Source of the DNA: Bdellovibrionota bacterium
GTDB taxonomy: Bacteria > Bdellovibrionota_C > UBA2361 > OMII01
Assembly (NCBI GenBank): GCA_044356215.1
Contig: JBIKWQ010000005.1
Span: forward strand, 1,699 to 65,698
Reading direction: 5' to 3'
Length of the DNA: 64,000 nt
In this document: positions 50,047-60,400 of the stretch, one piece after another
How the letters are laid out: every line of letters starts with the position of its first letter
Numbering within the stretch: the first letter of the stretch is position 1
Translations under genes and position numbers: made by a program
Notes under the pieces: generated by a model
Told to the model about the DNA's origin: nothing
Databases searched by the model: none
What the model saw: only the letters and a program-made list of their open reading frames with translations

Positions 50047-50607
50047 CTAACCCTCCGCCGCTACAACTACCTCACCGACACGAATCAATTTATCCTTGTA
50101 GAAGTACGGCTTCTTAAGTTCGCCAACTACAGTCCCTGGCTTCGATCCTCCTCCCGGCACCTTGCTTATCGCCGCGTGGCGTTGGGGATCAAAATCCTTC
50201 CCGATGCTCGACTCTCCGCGAATCTCCCACCGCCCAAGACGCTCTATAAACATCTTGTGAACCATCTCTAGCCCCTGCTTGAGCTTGTCGTACTCCGCCG
50301 AACTATGAGCTAACGCGAGCTCCAAGTTATCAAGCACCTCCAGGAGGTCCACCACCAGACGCTCTCCACTGTATTTAAGTATCTCTGAGTGCTCCTTCAA
50401 GGACCGCTTCTTAAAATTCTCAAAATCAGCCATTAACCTGAGGTAACGATCTTTTGACTCGGCGAGTTCCTTCGCCATCGCCTCAACCTCCGACTCCCCG
50501 TTTCCTTCACCACCCTGGGTCTCAAGATCCTGGGTTTCTAAGTCTTGCTCACGGTCCTCAGCGCTGTTGTGCCCCGCCTCGCCGTTACCGTTATGATTTC
50601 CTGTCAT
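50047..50607 (-). CDS. grpE: Nucleotide exchange factor GrpE
   Basis: YLRLMADFENFKKR, LLEVLDNLELA, FDPQRHAAI, LIRVGEVVV; directly upstream of dnaK. Confidence 0.96.
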   Translation of the reverse strand: MTGNHNGNGEAGHNSAEDREQDLETQDLETQGGEGNGESEVEAMAKELAESKDRYLRLMADFENFKKRSLKEHSEILKYSGERLVVDLLEVLDNLELALAHSSAEYDKLKQGLEMVHKMFIERLGRWEIRGESSIGKDFDPQRHAAISKVPGGGSKPGTVVGELKKPYFYKDKLIRVGEVVVAAEG

Positions 50608-50778
50608 CTCTTCCCCAAGTCCCGCTAACTTGATACCTCAGTCTTTTCAGACTGTTATCAAAACATTTAAGAGAAAAACGCCGCAGCCGCGGCCACCTTG
50701 TCTCCTGACATCCCACTTAACACGGATGCCCTTTTTAGAATCGTTTTTATGCTATAAACACTACTTGAGGGTTTTTCA

Positions 50779-51423
50779 ATGAGCGAGAGCAACGTTATTT
50801 CAGATAATTACGTCGACCTACTGTCCAAGGGCCGGGAGGTCTCTGTGTCGGCCATAGTTCTACGTGCCAGACCCTACAGAGATAGCGATCTGATGGCTCA
50901 ACTTCTGACACCAAACCTCGGCAAGATCTCTGTTATCGGCCGACACGCGCGAGGGAGTAAGAAACGCTTTCCAAGCTCTCTCGATATCTTTGACCGCGGA
51001 GTAGCCAGGATCGCCAAAGAGCGTGGCGGGCACTTAAGCGTTAAGGAATTCACCCCCTCTCACTCTCTAAAAAAAGTCCGCGCGGATCTAGATAAATTAG
51101 CTCTCTGCTCGCTTCTCTGTGAGAGCTTTGATCTGATTATACAGGAGGACCGAGAGCTGCACGGACAAGCGGAGTTGTTTGAAGTACTAGACTTAGCGCT
51201 AAACGCGATCGATGAAGCTACTGACACCAAACAATCTCTGCGAGCCACGACGTTGGCCTTAACTTCATTAACCAAACATGAAGGGATAATCGATCTAAGC
51301 GCTCATCAACCAGGTAGCCGCCTCCTAAACGCCGCTCTAGATTCGATTGAGCGATTTACTGAGCGGAAGTTAATGACGCGGGATACGCTTAAGGGGATTT
51401 ACGCGAGGTTCGGTAGTTCATAG
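50779..51423 (+). CDS. recO: DNA repair protein RecO (short form)
   Basis: AIVLRARPYRDSDLMAQLLTPNLGKI...GARGSKKRF OB-fold; helical domain with FEVLDLAL. Confidence 0.82.
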   Translation: MSESNVISDNYVDLLSKGREVSVSAIVLRARPYRDSDLMAQLLTPNLGKISVIGRHARGSKKRFPSSLDIFDRGVARIAKERGGHLSVKEFTPSHSLKKVRADLDKLALCSLLCESFDLIIQEDRELHGQAELFEVLDLALNAIDEATDTKQSLRATTLALTSLTKHEGIIDLSAHQPGSRLLNAALDSIERFTERKLMTRDTLKGIYARFGSS

Positions 51424-53044
51424 ATCGTAATAGCTGTGCCTTGTATTCCTCTACCTTCTGCCATGCCTGTGAGAATTTCACGTTGTCTCCTTTGTCCCTC
51501 ACGCAGGCCTGAATGACTTCTTTTTCCAGCTCCCTGAATCCGGCAAGCGCGGCGAACACTGTGAGGTTATTGATCCGAGCCCCCCATCCCTGACGACTCT
51601 TGAGTTTTATACGATCCTTTGGTCCACATTCTTCATTCTCCGTGACTACAACTAGTTCGGTCACACAATATTCTTTTCTCTCATCAGTAAATTTCTTCAC
51701 ATCCTCGCCCTGCTCACGCAGTCGTTGTATCACCTCATTTACTTGGCTAGAGTCAAAGATATCCTTGATTCTGTATTTTTCCATGAAGTCTAGCGCTTCA
51801 TCTGTGGTAGGCACAACCGGACGCTCCACTATAAGGCGCGGACGCAGCGTTGCATCCTGCACTTTATTGCGCCACGCTCTTATAATCGCGGATTTCAAAA
51901 ACATCGCATCTTCTATCATTTTTGCAGCAGACCTGCCGCCGGCATTCTGTGCCAAGCCCTCTTGTTTCATTCGGGCATTATGCAAACGAGTCATAGCCGC
52001 TGAGAAACAAAGGATTGCACCGTCCTCCGGCCTCGCTCTCGGCAATCCTTCTCGGATCATCGTGTCAACAGTATCAGGATCAAGGCACCTATGATTTTTA
52101 ACTATTCCAAGCTGCACTTTCGGTTTGAAGACCGCTCCATTAGGCCCTATCCTCGCACTAAAAACAAATGACGGCAGCGCTTCGTTGGTTCTAAACCCCG
52201 GGCTATCAAAAACCTCTAACGGGATTCCTATAAAAACGTCGGCTGTAGGTCCGTCACGGCGTGCAACCGGTACTCCTGTCACAACATCTTCAAGGTAATG
52301 GGCTCCCTCAGAATCGCTGCTCTGAAAATACAGTCCCTCAAATCTTCTGAAAATCGGCAACTCCCGTACCGCTCTTTCGGCCACGGCTCTCGATACAACC
52401 AGTGACTCAAAGGCCTTACTGAATTCGGAATTAGCTGCTGTTCCTCTTGCATTTGGAGATGCGCACTTCAGGTGAAGAGACAACTGCACATCGAATTTTT
52501 TGGCAAACTCCTCTCTAATCTTATCAAAATTGAAGCTACCGTCCTTTGCGACAATTCTTTTCTCCGGACACAGTACAGCGAGAAATAGGTGCTCCCGACT
52601 TCCATCCCAAACTCTGACGAGGTGGCAAGCTTCCATCGTAAGATGGTGTCGAGATAGCGTCTCTTGCAAGAACCTCGCGGCGGCTGCCCAGTTGGTCGCG
52701 TTTGTAATCATCTCGGCGCTGTCCGAGCTACCTTCTCCTGCGAGAGATAATTTCCACTCACTAATTGCACCCGATGCGGAAAATTCTTCAACTATCAGCG
52801 ATTGTATTGCTGCTAACGACTTTCGCCTATCGGCATTTCTTACCAGCCGTAGACTCAATGCATGGCCCTCAGTCTCAGTAGCTTCCGATATGGCGCGCAG
52901 GTTCGGACAGCTCTGCTTATGTGCAGTAATAGCGTCAGCCAATTCTCCACTGGAATTACCCCTACTCTCGGAATTTCCAACGGGCGGGAGAACCGCGGTC
53001 TGGTCAAAACTACTCCAACTTAGACCCCTGGCCATTTTACTCAC
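51389..53044 (-). CDS. Hypothetical protein with a divergent RNB (RNase II/R-like) domain
   Basis: Segments in RNB order: [19 protein letters not shown]...[33 protein letters not shown]. By-eye alignment only. Confidence 0.6.
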   Translation of the reverse strand: [551 protein letters not shown]

Positions 53045-53316
53045 AAAATCACCTGACCAAAGCCTAATCTAGAATAAAACATCGCTAGCTGCTCCTGCTA
53101 TTCGGTGACTTCTAACCTATTTACACGAACATTCCAATAACCTCTTTGCGGAATTATCTACCTAGATCACGCGACCTTTGAGTTGACTGGGTCCTCTGTC
53201 CTCGGGATATCACCAACCGTTACCTTACCAATATTCTGACTCTTTGTGCTCATAAGAGCCCCATTCGCGTCATAGGTATTAACCACACGAATCAATTGTC
53301 CGTTGCTGACTTGCTC

Positions 53317-53326
53317 GGGGGGGGGG
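53317..53326. repeat. G10 homopolymer tract
   Basis: Ten consecutive G, the longest homopolymer I noticed in the window. Confidence 0.85.
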
Positions 53327-53339
53327 TTGCCTCGCTTCC

Positions 53340-55796
53340 TTAAGCAGCATTACCAACTATATCCTGCCTAACGCGCGAACGCAGGTTAGTTGGTTCTTCC
53401 GGAGAGTTCGCCAGCTTTACGGCTCCAGAGTCAGCGGGCCCCCCGTTTAGCGCGGCCGCCATTACTCCGGCGCTGCCGGGATCCGAATCGGGAGAGGACT
53501 TCGCCACGCTTGCTCCACCCTGCGGATCTTTATCGTCCTTGGATTCCGAATTATTTGCTGGGTTAAACGCCACTAAAAGTCGCCTACGAGACTCCTTCAA
53601 TTTTCCGGTATCATCATAGTAGTACGCGACCTCATAAAACCCGCCTTCACCTACTTCCGTCATCACCAGCAACTCATTCTGATAAGATTCCCGAAACTCC
53701 ACCTTCGCTGACTTATCATTAGCCAGCACCTCTTGCTCTTTTTGTAGGTCTTTAGCGCTTGGTTCCACGTCCTTTTGAATATTACCATGCTTGTTTACGG
53801 AATCAGCCCCATCACCAACGACGCCTAACGGCAGAGGCAGATCGATGTCTAGCGCGGCGCGAGCTCGCACTTTAAGACGGGCTATAGCTGACTCGATCCC
53901 CTGCTTAGCCGCATCCATAAAGCTCTTTCGTCCACCCGATCTGTAGCCATCCCAAGCGTCATCGACTAGTTCTTTAATGTACTTTTCTTTTAATTCCTTC
54001 GCGCTCAATCTATCCGGGTTAAAATCCTTGTCCTTAACCATCTTCTTCACTTGGCGATCGATCACCTCGTGTAGTTGTTTGGACAAGGCTTCGTCGGCCG
54101 GGTTCTTGGGCACGCCGCGCAGGAGCGATCCAAGATCTGCCCGGAAAGGATCCTTCATGCAATTCTCAAGCTTAAGCCACACATCCTTCTCTATGGATTT
54201 GCCCAGTGCGGCGGTAATGTCGTCTAATTCCGCTTTTAATAGAACCTTCTCTGCTTCGCCTGCCGCCTTTGTCGCGCTCCACCAACTCAAGCCGATATCT
54301 TTTCTGAAGAACTCAATCTTCTCTCCCCGGCTCATGTCCTGTAACTTGGAGAATACATCATCAATGCTGGTATCGACGTGTTCTTTAACACCAAGCTTGC
54401 TACTGAGCCCTTCCCACCTGTTGGAGCCTATCTCAAAAGCTGATTCTTTCGCTGATAACCGATTAAGCGCGTCATCTCCATACTGCTCAACTCCTTCATG
54501 AAGCGATTTTCCAACCTGTCGCGCAGCGCGGCTCGCATCGGTCTTAGCGAGGAGCTCAAGTGACATGTCAGCCATCCTCTGCTCCACCTCCGCCGCCGTG
54601 CCGTTCCGGCCAAGCACGTTCTTGGCCGCGTTCATCAGCTCATCAGCCATCTTTGGCGACTCCGCTTTGACTACAGATGCTGCGCTTGTTGAGAGCTTAG
54701 AGAAAGTGCCAGCTGAAACCTTCTCACACATCTTTGTCGTCGCTCTGCGGAAGCAGTCCTTAGCTCCAAAAGTAAGCATGTAGCGATAAGGCATAGCGAT
54801 TGGCCCAAAAAACAACGCCGCCAATCCGCCACTAGGCGCAGTCGCGACTATGAAGCCCACTATCGCCGCGTTTATAGCGAACTCTCCAGCATGATGCGCG
54901 AATGCGGCCTTATCGCCTTGGCCATACGCGGCTAGCGCCAACACTCCGTGATACACGCTCCTCACAAGTGGAGTTAACGGGAGGAACTCTAGAGCGATCT
55001 TAAACCCGGTGACTAAGGCGCCGCCAACATCCGATAAAAATCTTGCAAACGGGATCTCGCCTGACAACACTTTACTGCAGTAATCAAGAGCAGGGGCGGA
55101 AACTCTGCTACAGAAGGCGAGTGTTGCATTGAATCCATCTACGACATTTGAAAGAATTCGTTGTGCCGCCTCACTTGGATTATTGAAGCTCCAGATAGCC
55201 GCATCTTTGAGCGAGTTAAATTTATCAGCACTCCAATGTTTCAAGCCAGACAGCACCGATTCACCTACCAAACGAACGGTCTTCCAGATCTCGCACCCTT
55301 GATTAACGATCGATTCTCCGACCTCCCGGATTTTTTTCGCCGTACCGATTGGATCTTTAACGGCCTCAATTACTTGACGCCCAGCCTCAACGACCCCTCC
55401 TACAATCACCATTCCAACATCCGTGACGAGCATGACAGTCCCCTTAGCGGCCGCACAAATGGTGCTTACTCCAGATACGCCCCACTCCCACCAAGTGCGC
55501 TTCTGAGCGGGCAGCGCGTGGCTTGTTGTAGAAGGAGAAGCTGAGGCAGCTTGAGACTTGTGGACTTCGTCAGCTACGCGACTTATTCCAGATGACGACG
55601 CGCCTTGTCGGTCTGAATCTGCAAAGCCTCGTATTTTGCGCTGCGTCATTTTTCGATCATGGCTAGGAGCATCGCCATACTCAGTTTTCTCCTGAACAGT
55701 AACAACTTGATTATTTGGGCCAGAACCCTCCCGATCTATCTTACGTCGCTCCACGCTCGTGCCTTCCCCTGCTACCCCGACTTCCAGCGCCTTCAT
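53340..55796 (-). CDS. Large orphan protein with disordered termini and central hydrophobic segments
   Basis: 818-aa ORF with GGAGGA Shine-Dalgarno upstream; no family recognised. Confidence 0.8.
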   Translation of the reverse strand: MKALEVGVAGEGTSVERRKIDREGSGPNNQVVTVQEKTEYGDAPSHDRKMTQRKIRGFADSDRQGASSSGISRVADEVHKSQAASASPSTTSHALPAQKRTWWEWGVSGVSTICAAAKGTVMLVTDVGMVIVGGVVEAGRQVIEAVKDPIGTAKKIREVGESIVNQGCEIWKTVRLVGESVLSGLKHWSADKFNSLKDAAIWSFNNPSEAAQRILSNVVDGFNATLAFCSRVSAPALDYCSKVLSGEIPFARFLSDVGGALVTGFKIALEFLPLTPLVRSVYHGVLALAAYGQGDKAAFAHHAGEFAINAAIVGFIVATAPSGGLAALFFGPIAMPYRYMLTFGAKDCFRRATTKMCEKVSAGTFSKLSTSAASVVKAESPKMADELMNAAKNVLGRNGTAAEVEQRMADMSLELLAKTDASRAARQVGKSLHEGVEQYGDDALNRLSAKESAFEIGSNRWEGLSSKLGVKEHVDTSIDDVFSKLQDMSRGEKIEFFRKDIGLSWWSATKAAGEAEKVLLKAELDDITAALGKSIEKDVWLKLENCMKDPFRADLGSLLRGVPKNPADEALSKQLHEVIDRQVKKMVKDKDFNPDRLSAKELKEKYIKELVDDAWDGYRSGGRKSFMDAAKQGIESAIARLKVRARAALDIDLPLPLGVVGDGADSVNKHGNIQKDVEPSAKDLQKEQEVLANDKSAKVEFRESYQNELLVMTEVGEGGFYEVAYYYDDTGKLKESRRRLLVAFNPANNSESKDDKDPQGGASVAKSSPDSDPGSAGVMAAALNGGPADSGAVKLANSPEEPTNLRSRVRQDIVGNAA

Positions 55797-56136
55797 ACGA
55801 TTAATCCTCCGTTAGGACATCTCTTGCAGGAGATGGGAAAAGACCCACTCCAGCTAAAAAGGTTATGGCGCCTTTTTGACTCTGTGTGCTCTAACGCTGC
55901 AAATATTTCTCATTTAACTATAAAAAATCGGGGAACCCGACGAGCGTCAATGATTTCAATAGGTTAAGACCAGTTATCAAACTCTTCGGCAGAATACTCC
56001 GCGGCCACTGGCCGCCCGCTCTTCGTAAAGCTATAGGTAGCGCCAAATCAATTCAACGGTTACGTTATGGTGCCTGGCAGGTCAGAAATGACAGCCTGTG
56101 TTCATAGCTAAAGATGTTAATTGGAGATAATAAAAT

Positions 56137-56622
56137 ATGATCAATCGATTCCGCGCGTATTTCGTTGTTTGTGCCTCAATGCTGGCGACATCACATAGCG
56201 CGCTCGCTGACAATCACGTTCACGCTGAAATTAAAAAGCCGGAGGTAAAGATGGAAGAGAAGAAGAACGATATCGTAACAACCCCAACAGGCCTACGTTA
56301 CCGCGATGACGTCGTCGGAACTGGAGACCTAGCGCAGAGCGGCAAGCGCGTTAAGGTTCACTACACCGGGTGGCTAAACGACAACGACAAACCTGGCATC
56401 AAGTTCGACAGCTCTAAAGATCGCAACTCACCATTTGAGTTTAATTTGGGAGCGCATCAAGTGATCGCCGGATGGGATGAGGGTGTAGCTGGCATGCGCG
56501 TCGGCGGCAAGCGCACGTTACTTATTCCAGCGAATCTTGCCTACGGCGAGCGTGGCGTTGGGCACATCATCAAGCCTAATTCACCGCTGATGTTTGAGGT
56601 GGAGATGTTGGAGGTTAAGTAG
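56137..56622 (+). CDS. FKBP-type peptidyl-prolyl isomerase, exported
   Basis: Signal peptide; GLRYRDDVVGTG, VHYTGWL, FDSS, LGAHQVIAGWDEGV.GM.VGGKR.L.IP..LAYG. Confidence 0.96.
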   Translation: MINRFRAYFVVCASMLATSHSALADNHVHAEIKKPEVKMEEKKNDIVTTPTGLRYRDDVVGTGDLAQSGKRVKVHYTGWLNDNDKPGIKFDSSKDRNSPFEFNLGAHQVIAGWDEGVAGMRVGGKRTLLIPANLAYGERGVGHIIKPNSPLMFEVEMLEVK

Positions 56623-56677
56623 GTATCTTGGAGATCCCCTTGTCCCTTTTCGGGATGGTGATCTGATGGCGTGATGA

Positions 56678-56720
56678 GGATTAGGCAGGGCCGCCTGCCT
56701 AATCCCGTTACTCTTTTTTG
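56678..56720 (+). terminator. Intrinsic terminator after the FKBP gene
   Basis: Perfect 12-bp stem GGATTAGGCAGG-gccg-CCTGCCTAATCC followed shortly by a T-rich tract. Confidence 0.65.
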
Positions 56721-56794
56721 TTTCTTTAAATGCAAAGTCGGAAACTGCTGGCTTAGTGACCCACTAAGGGCAATAGCCGTAAAATTTCGGCGAT

Positions 56795-57013
56795 TTAGCT
56801 GGTACTTTTAGCAGCAATCTCAGTCATTAATTGCTCAGGGCTGTTAACTGTACTCGCACCTAAAAGTGGGATAGCGAATCCAAGGGCTCGCGCCTCACGG
56901 ACCAGAATCGCTCCATCAGCGATGTAACTCGCCAAGGAGAGAGCTTCAGGCTGTGATGCCTTTAATCTAGTTAGTTCGAGCCAGAAGGCACGGATGCGAG
57001 ATATGGCGGTCAT
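56795..57013 (-). pseudogene. Remnant of a branched-chain amino-acid (LivK-type) ABC substrate-binding protein gene
   Basis: LTRLKASQPEALSLASYIADGAILVREARALGFAIPLLG resembles the internal 'LTKIKAANPDAI...AALIVKQARELG' segment; flanks not recognisable. Confidence 0.6.
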
Positions 57014-57455
57014 TTAGGATCCTCCTGGTTTTCAGAGAATATCAATCTTTGGGCTATTTCGGCACTCCTCCTGTCTCCTCCCCCTAACCGCCACTTATAC
57101 CCCGCGCAGGGTTGGGTTCTCAGACAGTCGATGCTTGAGAGAGCCCCTGCTCCCTACCGCAATTCCCCGTTGGAGATATGGTCCCCACCCCCGCTCAACA
57201 CCGTACTAATCACCCCTACAGGTGATCTTCTACGCCCTGTAGTCGCTCCTCGATTTTCGCTGCCTGCGGTTCCTATTCCTGTACGACCAGATAATCCTCT
57301 GTATTTTCAGGGAATTAGCTGGCTCAAACAGCTCTTTAACGCGCATCAATCCGCCAAACACCTATAGAGGCCGACGCCCCTCTAAATCCCTGAAGCAACT
57401 GCTAAAAACTGCGCATCTTAATCTCTGCTAAAGGTCTGCCGAGGCTTAGCGAGGG

Positions 57456-60400
57456 ATGCAAAGGGAAAAGACACTGAGAGGGGTAGCTCTACTAAAGCGC
57501 ATGCGCTTTTGCACAAGCACACCTGCACACCTTTTCAGATCACTCTCAACATTAGTTCTGGCGATCTTTTGCTTGCCAGCTCTGGCATTCGCGGCGCCTA
57601 CCGTCACCTCAGTAACATCATCAACCGCAAATGGCTCGTATAAAGCCGGAGCTGTTATCGCTGTTAATGTCAATTTCTCTGAGGCTGTCACAGTCTCTGG
57701 CACTCCGCGGCTAACATTAGAGACTGGAGCTAATGACGCGGTTGTATCTTACTCTTCAGGCTCAGGCTCAAGCACCTTGGTTTTCAATTACACAGTCGTT
57801 AGCGGACACACCACAACAGATCTCGATTACATCAGTCAAACAGCTCTCGCTCTAAACGGTGGTACAATTCAGGACCTAGCGAATAACTCAGCGAATTTAA
57901 CGCTGCCAACTCTCGGAGCTACCGGATCTCTCGGCGCCAACAACGATATCCGGATCGATACTACCGCGCCAACTGTCTCGCTTTCGCTCCTTACACCATC
58001 TGTGACCAACTCACTTCCGATTAGAATTCAGGTAACCTTCAGCGAAGCAGTAACAGGATTTACAGCTCTAGATCCTACGGTAACCAACGGCGAGGTCACT
58101 GGATTCTCAGGGAGCGGAACAAGCTACACGATCGACGTGTCAGCCTTCTCTAACGGGAATGTTACCGTACAAATTCCAGCCTCCTCGTGTTTTGACTCAG
58201 CGCTAAACGGAAATACCTCCTCGTCCTCTATAACCGCACTATATGATAATCAGCCACCAACCATCATGGGAGTCACAGCCTCACCTACCTCAGGCGCTTA
58301 CAGAGCTACCCAGCAGGTAACTCTTCTCGTAAACTTCTCAGAGGCCGTTACTGTTACTGGCATTCCGTCATTCACAGTCGAAACGGGAGCATCTGATGGG
58401 ATCGCTGATTATGTAAGTGGTTCAGGAACAACTCAACTAACTTTCCGTTACACCGTACAGACGGGGCACACATCCGCCGATCTTGAATACACAGCCACCG
58501 ACGCGCTCATTCTTAATGGCGGATCTATTCGTGATGCCGCTGCCACCGACGCTAGCATAACTCTGCCAGCTCTAGGTGGTGCGGGATCACTGTCAACAAA
58601 CGCGAATATCGTTATTGATACCACACTTTCTGATGTGACGATTGCCTCTCCTATCTCAGGTGACACATCTCTGGACGCGATCCCTGTTACAGTGACTTTT
58701 AGTGAGTCAGTAACTGGATTCACATTAAGCGATTTCTCTGTAACAAATGGATGTGCTTCTAACCTCCGCGGGAGTGGCACTACATACTACGCCGATATCG
58801 TCCCAAGAGCTCACGGTGGTGTTATTGTGTCGATTCCTAGCGCGGTCGCCGTAGATGTCGCCGGCAATCCAAATACAGCCTCGCCATCACCTGTAAACGT
58901 TAACTTCTTTACCTTTGGCCCGAAGGTAACAACGGTCACATCATCCACACCAGATGGAGCATACAGAGCCGGCCAAACAATCTCGATTCAGATCTCTTTC
59001 TCCGATCCGGTCAGCGTTAGTGGGACACCTCAGCTTCGTCTCGCTACCGGCTCTATCGGCACAGCAACCTACTCGTCTGGTGCTGGAACCAACATCCTGA
59101 CTTTTGATTACACTATTGCCTCAGGGCAGAACTCAAGCGATCTAGATTATATTCCATTACCACCTTTAACCTTAAACGGTGGCACGATCCGCGATCTGAA
59201 CACCGACTCCTACGACGCGGCTTTCACATTCGCTTGCCCAGGCGCAACAGGTTCACTAGGCGCCAGCAAGAGCATCATCATCGATACCGTAGCTCCAACT
59301 GTCTCACGGATAACATCAACCACAGCTAACGGCGCCTACCGCGCCGGCCAGACCTTAAATATCCGCACGCAGTTCACTGAGAACGTCTTCGTAACTGGGA
59401 CTCCGAATATCACCCTAGAAACCGGGGCGAACGATGCTGTCGTCTCTATGGTATCTGGCAGTGGCAGCGCCAACCTAGATTTCTCTTACACAATCGTCGA
59501 CGGACACAATTCAAACCGACTCGACTACACAAGCACCGGCGCGCTTAACCCAAATGGTGCTACGATTATCGACCAAGCAGGAAACGTTGCAGATGTGACT
59601 CTACCCGCCACCGCATCCGCCAACTCTCTCGCAGGAACCAAGAACCTAATCGTTGATACGATTCCTCCAACAGTTCCAAATGTGACATCGACAACCACCA
59701 ACGGCGCTTATAAAGCTGGGAGCGTTATCAATATCCAGGTTGGCTTCTCAGAGAATATCTTCGTCACTCTAACTCCTCGAATAGCTTTGGCGGCAGGCAT
59801 GCCGAACCGCTACGCGAATTATTCCTCAGGTAGTGGCACAAACACCCTCAATTTTAGCTACACAGTAGCGGCCGGAGACACCGCCGCGGATCTGGATTAC
59901 GCGTCTGTTACAGCACTTGAAACTAACGGTGGAACGATCCGCGATCAGGCTGGTAATGATTCAATAGTCAATCTAGCAACTCCGGGAGCACAATATTCCT
60001 TAAGCTTTAATAAAAACCTCCAACTAGACACCACCGCTCCAACGATTCTCTCTGTAGCATCATCCGCGGCAAGCGGGTTTTACTCAGTAGGAGCGACTAT
60101 TCCGATCACTGTATCTTTTTCAGAGCCAGTAAACGTAGTGGGTGTCCCTACCCTCGCTCTTAATACAACTCCTGTTCAAGGTAACGCGACTTACCTATCC
60201 GGAACGGGAACCTCAACACTCTCCTTTGTTTATACCGTCGCGGCGGGAAACAACTCCGTCAACCTTGATTACATATCGACTAGCGCGTTAACACTTCCTA
60301 CCGGCGCGACTATCCGTGATCCCGCTACTAATTCCGCCGTACTAACACTTCCTGGCCCTGGCGCCGCTGGCTCTCTCGGAGCGCAAGGAACCCGAGTAAT

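Noticed and set aside
50505-50550. QDLETQDLETQ micro-duplication in GrpE
   Set aside because: Short imperfect duplication in a normally variable, disordered N-terminus.
50608-50778. CIRCE or sigma32 promoter upstream of grpE
   Set aside because: Neither consensus is present.
57131-57367. 78-aa Pro-rich ORF containing NPLYFQG, resembling a TEV cleavage site
   Set aside because: No SD, composition follows the C-rich DNA, and the match to ENLYFQG is incomplete; no vector sequence nearby. Treated as chance.
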